From: an uncultured Bacilli bacterium | Lineage (GTDB): Bacteria > Bacillota_I > Bacilli_A > RF39 > UBA660 | Assembly (NCBI GenBank): GCA_944327365.1 | Contig: CALVHI010000001.1 | Span: 300 to 64,299, forward strand | Length of the DNA stretch: 64,000 nt | Direction of reading: 5' to 3' | Part shown: one piece after another, positions 8,456 through 18,020 of the stretch | How positions within the stretch are numbered: position 1 is the stretch's first letter | How the letters are laid out: every line of letters begins with the position of its first letter | The notes under the pieces: generated by a model | Databases searched by the model: none | What the model was told of the DNA's origin: nothing | Seen by the model: the letters and a program-made list of their open reading frames with translations, nothing else | Made by a program: the position numbers and the translations under genes

Positions 8456-9448
8456 ATGAACGTTATTGTCTCAAATAAATACCAAAACATGTTAGCAACA
8501 CTAGATATAGATGTCATAAAAAGCATTAATGGCGAATTTGAAGCGGAAGAATTAGCAAGTATTTTTACTAACTTCTATTTTAATAAAATGATTATTGATA
8601 TTACGGCGATTAAAGGATATCAAAATATTAAAAACATTCAAAAACTATCAGTAAACTTTGATCCAAGTAAATTAATTCTATTATTAGACGATTCGGCTAT
8701 GGTAAACAGTGGTAGTTATTTATCCGGATTAGTATCAATGGGGATATATAATTTTACTAGAAATATTAACGCTGTAAAATTCTTAATAGATAATCCAAAC
8801 TCATATAAAGATGTAGCTCAATATCATAATCTAAACAATAGTGATGATAAAGTAATAGAATACGATTCATTTACAGGAACAGGAAGTGGAGGGCTTAGAA
8901 TTTTAGGTGTAAAAAATGTTACATCTCATGCAGGCTCAACTACTTTAGTATACATGTTAAAGCGCCATCTAGAAGTAGCATATAATGTTGTAGCCTTAGA
9001 AGTAGATAAAGAAGATTTTAAATATTTAAACGATAAAAGCTTAAAATCAACAACATCACTTGATTTATCTTTTAATATTGCCAATAATCCTGATGCTGAA
9101 GTAATTCTTATAGATTTAAATGATTCAAATCAAGAAAATTTATGCAATGATATTATTTATTTAATTGAACCAGGTTTAATTAAGTTAAACAAAATAATTC
9201 GTCAAGATCGAGATATTTTTGAAAAGCTAAAAGATAAAAAAGTAGTTTTAAACAAAAGTGTTTTAACAAACAAAGATATCAATGATTTTGAGCATGAAGC
9301 TAACACGAAAGTATTTTTTAATATTCCATATTTAGATGATAAAAAAGAGCACGAACAAATCTTAGATGATTTTTTAGTAGCGCTAGGTTTTTCAAGATTA
9401 AACAGCAGTAGTTCTGGAAAAGCTAAATTATTTAACATATTTAAGTAG
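8456..9448 (+). CDS. Degenerate ParA/MinD-like protein (TadZ/CpaE-like, deviant Walker A)
   Basis: ILGVKNVTSHAGSTTLVYMLKRHLEVAYNVVALEVD aligns to MinD VTSGKGGVGKTT...VVIDFD, with the lysine and glycines lost. AEVILIDLND is Walker-B-like. N-terminal ~130 aa are receiver-like. Confidence 0.4.
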   Translation: MNVIVSNKYQNMLATLDIDVIKSINGEFEAEELASIFTNFYFNKMIIDITAIKGYQNIKNIQKLSVNFDPSKLILLLDDSAMVNSGSYLSGLVSMGIYNFTRNINAVKFLIDNPNSYKDVAQYHNLNNSDDKVIEYDSFTGTGSGGLRILGVKNVTSHAGSTTLVYMLKRHLEVAYNVVALEVDKEDFKYLNDKSLKSTTSLDLSFNIANNPDAEVILIDLNDSNQENLCNDIIYLIEPGLIKLNKIIRQDRDIFEKLKDKKVVLNKSVLTNKDINDFEHEANTKVFFNIPYLDDKKEHEQILDDFLVALGFSRLNSSSSGKAKLFNIFK

Positions 9449-9520
9449 TTACTTAATAAAAGTAGCTATTTTTTGTTTTAAAAAGCCTTTGTAGCTGATA
9501 TAATAATATATAAGTGAGGA

Positions 9521-10234
9521 ATGCCTATGAAAATAATCAGTTCAATTCTATTAGTAATATCATCAATTGCTATCATCTTTATAACATCTTATACATTAAT
9601 GCATCAAAAAATAAAAGACACTCAAACAGTAATTAAAATAAAAAGTATTGAGAAAGCTACAAGTAATATGACTACAAATGAATTAAGTGAAACATTCAAT
9701 ATTAATTTAAATGGAAAAAGGCATAGGTTAAAAAATGTTTATAGTTATAATGAAAACACTTTAACACTAACTTTATATTTAGATGGCTTTAAAATATTAA
9801 ATAAAATATTAGAAGAAGAACTAAAGGAAAATAGTATAGAAGAAATATTTAATGAAAAAACATTAAGTTATCCAATAATTGATGAAGAAGATCTTGTTGT
9901 ATTAAAAACTGATAAAAATTATTTATTAGTTAAAATTAGTTCAAATATCCAGAACTTAAAAGAAGAATATTTTGTTTGGAATGATGAAAGAAAAAAAATA
10001 TTAGAAAATATATTAGTTTATGATCAAACTAAGCAATATAAAACAGAAGAAAACATCTTTTATGATAAAGAAAAACAAATATTATCTAAAGTAGAAGATA
10101 ATAAAATATATGTTTTAGAAGAACAAGAAGAAAATGTTTTAGAAGAATATGTATATGAAGTAAAAAAAGATAAAGCAACGAAAGAACTAATCAATACTTA
10201 TATTTTACAAGAAAAAAAGCCCCAAAAGGGCTAA
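9521..10234 (+). CDS. Membrane-anchored K/E-rich hypothetical protein
   Basis: N-terminal TM segment, then a charged low-complexity ectodomain. Last gene of the pilin-like cluster. Confidence 0.4.
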   Translation: MPMKIISSILLVISSIAIIFITSYTLMHQKIKDTQTVIKIKSIEKATSNMTTNELSETFNINLNGKRHRLKNVYSYNENTLTLTLYLDGFKILNKILEEELKENSIEEIFNEKTLSYPIIDEEDLVVLKTDKNYLLVKISSNIQNLKEEYFVWNDERKKILENILVYDQTKQYKTEENIFYDKEKQILSKVEDNKIYVLEEQEENVLEEYVYEVKKDKATKELINTYILQEKKPQKG

Positions 10235-10401
10235 ATAGCAAATAAAAAAACATTTATTGTTTGAATTAGTAGAATTTGATATTAGTTAAGTAAAGGAAGT
10301 ATATATCAAAGAATGGAAAAGAATATTCAAACAAATTAAATGTTCGAGAATGTATAGTACAATAAAAATAAGTATTTGTCAAGAAAAAAATTATGAAAAT
10401 C

Positions 10402-11499
10402 TTAGATTTTTTTTAAATTTATTAAAATTCCTAAAAACATAAAATAAACAATAATATTAGTTCCACCATAACTAACAAATGGAAGAGGAATTCCAATAAT
10501 TGGCAGAAGGCCTAAATTCATTCCAATATTCTCAATCTGAGCAAAAATAAACATCAAAAGAAAAGAGGCAATAAACATTCGATATTTTTTTGATTTAGTT
10601 TGAAATAATTTTACTAAAAAATAAAAATTTAACCAGAAGAAACTAATAAGAATAAAAATAAAACTAATAATTCCCAAATTACTAATAGATAGAGCAACAA
10701 TAAAATCAGTAGGAGCCTCTGGTATATATACTCCCGAACTACCCGTAAAAAAATGAGCTGTTCCAATTGATATTAAAGCTCGATCTAATTGAAAAGAATC
10801 TTGATAAACAAAAGTTAAAATACGATCTACTCGATAAAAAAAGCTTGTCCCAATTAAATCAACTAATAAGTCTTGCTTAAAATAATATAAATAGCAAAAA
10901 ACTCCCAAAAATAAAATTAATCCAATACCCAAAAATACATACCATCTAAAACGAATATGATAAACCAAAATAGTGCCAAGCATAATAAGAAAATAAATAA
11001 TAATAGCCCCTGTATCTGGCTCTAAAAAGACGAATAAAGAAGGAATAAAGGTAAGAATAAAAACTTTTATAATGCCCTTAAATTCTTGCTTCATATTTCC
11101 TCGCTTTTCTTTCGATAAAACTTCACTTAAGTAAAGTGCTAAACTAAATTTCATGAGTTCACTAGGCTGAAAAGAGAAAAAAGGGAAAGTAAACCAAGCC
11201 CTAGAGCCATTAATCGTAGTTCCCCAAAATAAAACCAAGATTAATAAAAGGACGTTAATAAAATAGATATATTTAGCATAACTAAAAAAGAATTTAGGTT
11301 TTAACAATCCAAAAACAAATATCACAAAAAAGCCCAAACTAAACCATATAGTTTGCTTTAAAAAATAACTTTCATAAGCATCACTATCTTTAATTAACAT
11401 CATATTAATTAAAGAAATACCAGCTAATAGGAAAATAGGAATAAATAATAATATTTTATCTTTAATTAATTTCTTTTTCATACTATTATTATGTTTCAA
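10402..11499 (-). CDS. ftsW: SEDS family peptidoglycan glycosyltransferase (FtsW/RodA)
   Basis: Polytopic membrane protein with SEDS C-terminal signature NLGLLPIIGIPLPFVSYGGT. Confidence 0.8.
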   Translation of the reverse strand: MKHNNSMKKKLIKDKILLFIPIFLLAGISLINMMLIKDSDAYESYFLKQTIWFSLGFFVIFVFGLLKPKFFFSYAKYIYFINVLLLILVLFWGTTINGSRAWFTFPFFSFQPSELMKFSLALYLSEVLSKEKRGNMKQEFKGIIKVFILTFIPSLFVFLEPDTGAIIIYFLIMLGTILVYHIRFRWYVFLGIGLILFLGVFCYLYYFKQDLLVDLIGTSFFYRVDRILTFVYQDSFQLDRALISIGTAHFFTGSSGVYIPEAPTDFIVALSISNLGIISFIFILISFFWLNFYFLVKLFQTKSKKYRMFIASFLLMFIFAQIENIGMNLGLLPIIGIPLPFVSYGGTNIIVYFMFLGILINLKKI

Positions 11500-11537
11500 A
11501 ATTTTTTCTTTATCATAAAATGTAATAGAGGTGTTCT

Positions 11538-11834
11538 ATGAAAAAAGATTTACCAAGCGTATATGCCAATCCAATTAATAAGGAGATTAAAAACAATTCT
11601 TCTGTCTATTATGGAAAAAATGAAGAAATACGAGGAATGAGCAAAGAAAATATTATGGAAAAAATCAATCATATTTTTGCATCAATCCATCACGTGTATA
11701 AAAGCAATGTTTTAATTTACACAAAAAGTGGCCAAATTAAAACAACAATAGTAGGAAAATCAGGAAATTATCTGCTAACTTTAAATGGAGATAAAATTAA
11801 TATATTAGACATCACAGATATTGAAAGAATTTAA
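11538..11834 (+). CDS. Hypothetical protein
   Basis: 98-aa ORF with RBS; no recognisable motif. Confidence 0.35.
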   Translation: MKKDLPSVYANPINKEIKNNSSVYYGKNEEIRGMSKENIMEKINHIFASIHHVYKSNVLIYTKSGQIKTTIVGKSGNYLLTLNGDKINILDITDIERI

Positions 11835-11910
11835 GCTTCCAAGAAAATTTGACAAGCATTTAAATCTATGGTAAAATACTAATTACTTTTAATTAGGAGG
11901 AAGTATTTAA

Positions 11911-12489
11911 ATGAAAAATATGTGGCTTAAAATGGCCCTAGTTACTTTAATAACAAGTAGTTTAATTATTACATACAAAGAAACAAATAAAGAAAAAATA
12001 TTAGTAGAGAATATTATTATTGATACTGCTTCATATTATAGTGATACGCCTATATCACAATATGATGTTCCAAAAGAAGAAAAAGTAATTTATAAAGGAT
12101 TAACTTTTAGTGAATTAGCAACCAAAATAGATGATGTGTTAAATTCTACATTGGAAGGATATGGCCAAAAAATCGTCTCACTTTCTTTAGAAAAAGAAGT
12201 TGACCCTGTTGTTGCCACTTCAATTATTTTAGTAGAAACTGGCTGTAAATGGACATGTAGTTCTTTGGTTAGAAATGCCAATAATGTTGGCGGAATGAAA
12301 TCTAGCAATGGAAGATATGCTACTTTTACTACACTTGAAGATGGGTTAGAAGCTTTTATTACTAATTTATCTAATAACTACTATAAAAAAGGCTTAACAA
12401 CACCAGAACAAATTAATACCAAATATGCGACTAATCCAAATTGGCACGATGATGTTTATTATTATATGGAAGCAATTATGTCTAGTTAA
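11911..12489 (+). CDS. Glucosaminidase-domain protein (mannosyl-glycoprotein endo-beta-N-acetylglucosaminidase family)
   Basis: N-terminal signal/TM segment. VETGCKW...GGMKSSNGRYATFTTLEDGLEAFITNLSNNYY...KYATNPNW matches the glucosaminidase (FlgJ-type) domain. Confidence 0.7.
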   Translation: MKNMWLKMALVTLITSSLIITYKETNKEKILVENIIIDTASYYSDTPISQYDVPKEEKVIYKGLTFSELATKIDDVLNSTLEGYGQKIVSLSLEKEVDPVVATSIILVETGCKWTCSSLVRNANNVGGMKSSNGRYATFTTLEDGLEAFITNLSNNYYKKGLTTPEQINTKYATNPNWHDDVYYYMEAIMSS

Positions 12490-12535
12490 TTGCTTTTTTC
12501 TTATTTTTATCATATAATTAAAACAGGTGATAAAT

Positions 12536-13858
12536 ATGATTAAAAATAAAAAAGTATTAATATTGGGGATGGCTAAAAGTGGTTATGAAGTAGCAAAATT
12601 AATAAGCAAAGGAAATAATGAAATTATAGTTGTAGATAGTAAAGAGCAAGAGCAAAGCAAAATAGAGGAGCTAATTAAATTAGGAATTGAATTTTTAAAG
12701 ACTGATAAACCGGAGACAATACTAGATAAAACTTATGATGTATTAATAAAAAATCCTGCCGTATTTCCTAATCATCCTTGTGTATTAAAAGCCAAAGAAT
12801 TAAATATACCTGTTGTAAATGAAATGGAAGTAGCATATCATTATATTAAATATCCTGTAAAAATAGTAGGAATAACGGGAAGTAATGGAAAAACAACAAC
12901 AACAACTTTGATTTATGAAGTTCTAAAAAAAGCAGGGATACCGGTAAAATTAGGAGGAAATATTGGAACTCCTCTATCAAAGATAGTTAATGAACTGGAA
13001 GAAAATGATATTTTACTATTAGAAATATCTGATCATCAATTAATAGACATGAAAAACTTTAAAACAAATATCAGCATTCTTACCAATCTCTGTCCAACCC
13101 ATTTAGATTATCACGGCACTTATGAATCTTATAAGAATGTTAAAAAGAAAATCTTTAATCATCATACCAACAAAGACATAGCAATCATCAATAAAGCAAA
13201 TGAAGACTCTGTAAAATTAACTAAAGACATTTTATCGACCAAAATCTATTTTAATGATGATGTAAACTATTATACGAAAGAAGAAATATATATAGATAAT
13301 ATACCTGTTATAAGCACTAAAGACATATTAATAAAGGGAAATCATAACTATGAAAACATACTCATCACATATTTAGTTGCCAAAATCTTAAAGATTGACT
13401 TTAAATATGTTAGTGAAGTCTTAAAAGAATTTAAAGGTGTTGAACATCGCATAGAATATGTAGGTACTATAAAGGAAGTTGCTTATTATAACGATTCTAA
13501 ATCAACCAATCCAACTGCAACAATAACAGCTCTAAAAAGTTTTGATGAAAATATTCATTTAATTTTAGGAGGAATGGATCGCAATCAAGATTTTCATGAT
13601 CTTTATCCATACTTATCAAAAATAAAATGCATTTATGCGATAGGAGACGTAAGAAATCGAATTATGGATTATGCAAAAGAAGAAAATATTAAGGCTTATG
13701 CTTTTCAAACCTTAAAAGAAGCTATGGAAAAAATAAAAGGAGAAGTAGTAAGTGGAGATATCGTTTTATTAAGTCCCGGATCAGCCTCATGGGATCAATA
13801 TCAAAAATTTGAAGATCGTGGTGATGAGTTTAAAAAGATAGTTAAAAGTTATGAGTAA
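12536..13858 (+). CDS. murD: UDP-N-acetylmuramoyl-L-alanine--D-glutamate ligase
   Basis: GITGSNGKTTTTTLI P-loop and Mur ligase architecture. Start set to ATG 12536, 5 nt after AGGTGA; the tracked GTG 12527 is less likely. Confidence 0.9.
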   Translation: MIKNKKVLILGMAKSGYEVAKLISKGNNEIIVVDSKEQEQSKIEELIKLGIEFLKTDKPETILDKTYDVLIKNPAVFPNHPCVLKAKELNIPVVNEMEVAYHYIKYPVKIVGITGSNGKTTTTTLIYEVLKKAGIPVKLGGNIGTPLSKIVNELEENDILLLEISDHQLIDMKNFKTNISILTNLCPTHLDYHGTYESYKNVKKKIFNHHTNKDIAIINKANEDSVKLTKDILSTKIYFNDDVNYYTKEEIYIDNIPVISTKDILIKGNHNYENILITYLVAKILKIDFKYVSEVLKEFKGVEHRIEYVGTIKEVAYYNDSKSTNPTATITALKSFDENIHLILGGMDRNQDFHDLYPYLSKIKCIYAIGDVRNRIMDYAKEENIKAYAFQTLKEAMEKIKGEVVSGDIVLLSPGSASWDQYQKFEDRGDEFKKIVKSYE

Positions 13859-13916
13859 AGTTGCAAAACCTTTACTTTTTCTTTGTTTTTTGTTATACTA
13901 ACCCATAGGTGATAGC

Positions 13917-14594
13917 ATGCTTGTTTGTGGTAAAAATGTTTTAAAAGAAATCCCTAACACGAAAATACATAAAGTTTACTTAAAAGAAGGGTTTAAAGAT
14001 CAAAATATTCTTACATATTTAAAAGAAAATAAAATAAAATACGAATTTACCCCTGAATTTCGATTAAACAAAATGGTCAAAGAACACCATCAAGGAATTG
14101 TCATTGATATGGATGAATATCACTATTATCAGCTAGAAGAAGTATTAGAAGAACCGTTTTTAGTATGTCTTGATCATTTAGAAGATCCCCATAATTTAGG
14201 AGCAATTATTCGTACTTGTGAATGTGCCGGAGTAAAAGGAATTATTATTCCCAAGGATAGAAGTGTAAGAGTAAATGATACAGTCATGAAAATTAGTGCT
14301 GGAGCAATAAACAATGTGAAAATTGTTGAAGTAAATAATTTAAGAGAAACGCTAAAAAAACTCCAAAAAAACCTCTTTTTTATTTATACAGCAGACATGG
14401 ATGGAAAAGATTATAGAAAGATTGATTATGCTCCAAAAAAAGTATTAGTAATTGGTGCCGAAGGAAAAGGTGTAAGTCAGATCGTAAGAAATATAAGTGA
14501 TGAAATAATTGGGATTCCTATGTATGGAAAAATTAACAGTTTAAATGCCAGTGTTTGTGCAGCAATATTAATCTATGGTATGTTAAAGGAGTAA
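13917..14594 (+). CDS. rlmB: TrmH/SpoU family rRNA 2'-O-methyltransferase (RlmB/YacO-like)
   Basis: SpoU methylase motifs LDHLEDPHNLGAIIRTCECAGV, VIGAEGKGVS, NSLNASVCAAILIY. Confidence 0.8.
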   Translation: MLVCGKNVLKEIPNTKIHKVYLKEGFKDQNILTYLKENKIKYEFTPEFRLNKMVKEHHQGIVIDMDEYHYYQLEEVLEEPFLVCLDHLEDPHNLGAIIRTCECAGVKGIIIPKDRSVRVNDTVMKISAGAINNVKIVEVNNLRETLKKLQKNLFFIYTADMDGKDYRKIDYAPKKVLVIGAEGKGVSQIVRNISDEIIGIPMYGKINSLNASVCAAILIYGMLKE

Positions 14595-14598
14595 TATA

Positions 14599-15189
14599 AT
14601 GGAAGAAGAAAAATTAATTCATCTTGCTCTTAAAAACAATGAAGAAGCCAAAAATGAACTAGTAGCAAAATATAAATATATTATTGATATTTTAATAAAG
14701 AAGTATCGAAATTTAATTAATCAATTAGGAATTGACAAGCATGAATTAGAACAAGAAGCATTATATGCCTTTAGTGATGCTCTTCATTCTTTTAACGAAG
14801 AAAAAAAAGTAAAATTGTCTACTTTTATTACAGTATGTGTTGATCGAAGAATAAAAAAAGTAATAAAAAAATACAGCACAGAAAAGGCCAAACTTCTAAA
14901 TTCATTTTATTCTTTAGATTATGACTATGAAGATGGAATGACTCTAAAAGACATAATTAGTGATGAAAAAACAGACCCTCTATATAGTTTAACTGCTAAA
15001 GAAGATTATGATGAACTAATAAAAAAGATAGAAGATAGTTTATCTAATAATGAACTAGAAATATTTAAATTATTAGAAAATGATTTTGATCGAAGTGCTA
15101 TCGCTCTTATTACCAGAAAAACTGATAAACAAGTCGACAATGCTATTCAAAGACTAAAAAATAAAATAAGAGATATTATCAAGGACTAA
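14599..15189 (+). CDS. sigH: Sigma-70 family sigma factor, SigH-like (by motif and rlmB-sigH synteny)
   Basis: Region-2-like EQEALYAFSDALHSFN...STFITVCVDRRI. Directly downstream of rlmB as in Bacillus/Clostridia. Confidence 0.55.
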   Translation: MEEEKLIHLALKNNEEAKNELVAKYKYIIDILIKKYRNLINQLGIDKHELEQEALYAFSDALHSFNEEKKVKLSTFITVCVDRRIKKVIKKYSTEKAKLLNSFYSLDYDYEDGMTLKDIISDEKTDPLYSLTAKEDYDELIKKIEDSLSNNELEIFKLLENDFDRSAIALITRKTDKQVDNAIQRLKNKIRDIIKD

Positions 15190-16090
15190 CTTTATCTCCC
15201 TGATAGATATCTCTTTTTTTCATTTCTTTATCAATATCATTTAAAACACAAAACTTTTTTAAAAGCCAAGTAGGGGCAATAACATCTTCTTTAATAGGAT
15301 CTCCAGTAATTCTCATAATAACAATTTTAGGATCTAAATATTCTAATTGTTCACATACAATATCAATATATTCTTGTTTAGTTAAAAGATGAAAAGGCTT
15401 ATCTTGATACATCTTTGCTAATTGAGTATTTTTATTAATATAAAGCATGTGAATTTTAATTCCCTGAATATCCAAGCGATTTAAGCACTTAACTGTATCA
15501 ATCATCATTTTTTTATTTTCTAAAGGAAGACCATTTATAATATGAACAACAACAAAAATATTTCTTTCTCTTAACTTTTTAACAGCTTCTAAAAAATTAT
15601 TAAAATCATGACCTCTTTTAATAAACCTAAGTGTTTCATCATGTATAGATTGCAATCCTAATTCTACCATCAAGAAAGTTCTTTTATTAAGCTCTTCTAA
15701 ATAATCTAAAACTTCGTCATTTAAAGCATCACTACGAGTAGCAATATCAAGGCCAATAACCCCAGGAATAGTCAATACTTGTTCATATTTTTCTCTTAGA
15801 ATATCTACAGGAGCATAAGTATTTGTATTAGCTTGAAAATAGGCAATATATTGAGAATTAGGCCATTTCTTTTCTACATGATTTTTAACTAAGTAAAATT
15901 GACTAATCAAATCCATATTTTCATAATGATTTCCACTTCCGTGATCACAATAAATACAGCCACCAATCTTATAATTAGGACAAGAAAACCCAGCATTCAA
16001 AGCAACTTTAAAAACCTTATGATGAAATTTATTTCTAAAAAAGTAATTAAGTGTATGATATCTTTTATTATCTAAAGTATAAGAAAACAT
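15179..16090 (-). CDS. Radical SAM protein, TIGR01212 (YtqA-like) family
   Basis: Cys cluster CPNYKIGGCIYCD and conserved C-terminal region of this family. Confidence 0.65.
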   Translation of the reverse strand: MFSYTLDNKRYHTLNYFFRNKFHHKVFKVALNAGFSCPNYKIGGCIYCDHGSGNHYENMDLISQFYLVKNHVEKKWPNSQYIAYFQANTNTYAPVDILREKYEQVLTIPGVIGLDIATRSDALNDEVLDYLEELNKRTFLMVELGLQSIHDETLRFIKRGHDFNNFLEAVKKLRERNIFVVVHIINGLPLENKKMMIDTVKCLNRLDIQGIKIHMLYINKNTQLAKMYQDKPFHLLTKQEYIDIVCEQLEYLDPKIVIMRITGDPIKEDVIAPTWLLKKFCVLNDIDKEMKKRDIYQGDKVSP

Positions 16091-16118
16091 AATATCACCA
16101 ACACTATTTTAAATAAAA

Positions 16119-17939
16119 TTAATTTCTTTGTAAAGCTTTAGTATCAAATAAAGTATTTTGGTAATAACATCTAGCCGCATAATTAACAATAGTATCTATA
16201 AATGGAATATGATATTGTTTAAAGAACTCAATAATTTGCATCATTTCTTCTTCTGTTAAAATTCGCCCAGTTCCCTTAATTGGAAATCCTTTTTCATCTT
16301 TTAAAGAATCAAACTCATATGTAGTATGAAGAACAACATTTTCTCCAATCGCATTACCTGCTTTAAAAGGAGCAAAAAACTTATTAAGTGTCTTTTTTTC
16401 TAAGCCATTTAATGCTGTTTTTTGTAAAGCTATTTCATGAACATGCAAATGAGCATAATCTTTAAAATAATCAACTAAAGTAAAATCGCGATGAATTCCA
16501 TTAATATGAACACCATTTTGAATACAAGCAAAGATTTCTTTACAAGCCCAAATTTGACCATCTTTTTTATGTATAATATCTTGATCTAACTTATCATTTA
16601 ATTGTCGAGCTAGAGGTTGTGTTTTAACTTGTCTAATTCTTTGCTTAAAACTATCAACATTTAATCCTCTTAAGGCACAAAATTTTTCATAGTGATCACT
16701 ACTTTGTAAATATTCATATAAAAGAGTAGGATCTCCTAAATTAAGAGGCAAGTTTTTTTCCACATTTTCTTTTTGTATTTTTCTTAAGCATATAAGAAAT
16801 TTTTTTTCAAGCCTTCTTTGCTCATCTTTTTCTAAATAACACAAGACTCCATAGCAATAATTATGAATATCATCTGTTTGAACATGATTATTTATTAAAA
16901 CCTGTCTAATTATCTCTTCATCTTCTTCATTTTTAATTTGATCTAGCACTAAATAAATTCTTTTTGTAAAAGCAGTTCTTCTCTTAATAAAACGAATATC
17001 TTCTTCAATATGATCATTATGTAATACTTCTTTAGCATAACCTTTAACCAAACTCATATAATTTTCATATCTGATATTTTCTTGTCTTGCTAATCTAGTT
17101 ATTTCGACTCTTTTAAACAAAACATCACTAGCTTGTTCATAATAGCTTTGAAAACGCTGTATAATATCAAGCTTAATCTGTTCATCTAAATCTGGCAAAA
17201 AGATGGTAAATAAATAAAGATCATAATTATTACACCCATAAATATTTAATACTTGTAAAGCACTATAATGATTTAAACAAACTTGCTCTAAAATGTTTTT
17301 TATGTGTAGACAAAATCTTTCTTTTTCATGAGGCAAAGCATAAGTTTGATAATAATAATAGGCTTCGTCTTTTACTTTTTTCGACACCTTTTCATTGTTA
17401 ATAAAAGATAGAAAATTTTTATATGAACTGCGATACTTTTTAAAGTCCTCAGGTAATATTCCTAATTTTTCTTGAGCATAAAATTCAATAAGCCTTTTAG
17501 CCTGATAAAAAGAAATGCGATACTTATGAGCTAAACCATTTATTTTATTACTATCCCATAATTCATTTTTAGCTTCCCAAAAAAGTTGAGAAACAACTTT
17601 AATCCCACCTTTATTTACAGTAGCTAAATACTGTTTAACTAGCAAATCATCAGAATGAGCAAACAAATACATAGATAATGCTTGTTCAAAATAAATATCA
17701 TAAATTCCATACTTTTGATAAATATCTCTAACATATCCAAAACTAACCTCATGACTTGAAATTAACTTTTCTAAACAAAGCGAAACAATAAAATTTAACT
17801 TTTTATAAAACTTTGTTTTATCTTCAAAATTAGCATCTTTAAAATATTTCACAGCAAGTAAAAAATCTCGACTGGAACAGCTATCTCCATAAATAAAAGA
17901 ATTAAAAGCTTTATCATTCATCCAAAATCCCCCTAACAA
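16119..17939 (-). CDS. Large hypothetical protein (606 aa)
   Basis: Long ORF co-directional with and just upstream of the radical SAM gene; no recognisable motif. Confidence 0.5.
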   Translation of the reverse strand: MLGGFWMNDKAFNSFIYGDSCSSRDFLLAVKYFKDANFEDKTKFYKKLNFIVSLCLEKLISSHEVSFGYVRDIYQKYGIYDIYFEQALSMYLFAHSDDLLVKQYLATVNKGGIKVVSQLFWEAKNELWDSNKINGLAHKYRISFYQAKRLIEFYAQEKLGILPEDFKKYRSSYKNFLSFINNEKVSKKVKDEAYYYYQTYALPHEKERFCLHIKNILEQVCLNHYSALQVLNIYGCNNYDLYLFTIFLPDLDEQIKLDIIQRFQSYYEQASDVLFKRVEITRLARQENIRYENYMSLVKGYAKEVLHNDHIEEDIRFIKRRTAFTKRIYLVLDQIKNEEDEEIIRQVLINNHVQTDDIHNYCYGVLCYLEKDEQRRLEKKFLICLRKIQKENVEKNLPLNLGDPTLLYEYLQSSDHYEKFCALRGLNVDSFKQRIRQVKTQPLARQLNDKLDQDIIHKKDGQIWACKEIFACIQNGVHINGIHRDFTLVDYFKDYAHLHVHEIALQKTALNGLEKKTLNKFFAPFKAGNAIGENVVLHTTYEFDSLKDEKGFPIKGTGRILTEEEMMQIIEFFKQYHIPFIDTIVNYAARCYYQNTLFDTKALQRN

Positions 17940-18020
17940 ACGAGGCTATTGTAACATAATTCTATAAATTAGTCAAAAAAAAGTGAAAAGTGCATATATT
18001 TAAACGAAGGAGGCTTATCT

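Noticed and set aside
6872-10234. A complete Tad/Flp pilus operon
   Set aside because: No TadA/CpaF ATPase, TadB/C platform or prepilin peptidase genes in or next to the cluster. The leader motifs are non-canonical. Reported only as an orphan pilin-like module.
12527-12535. GTG start for murD
   Set aside because: ATG at 12536 is preceded by AGGTGA at optimal spacing. The GTG would overlap the SD itself.
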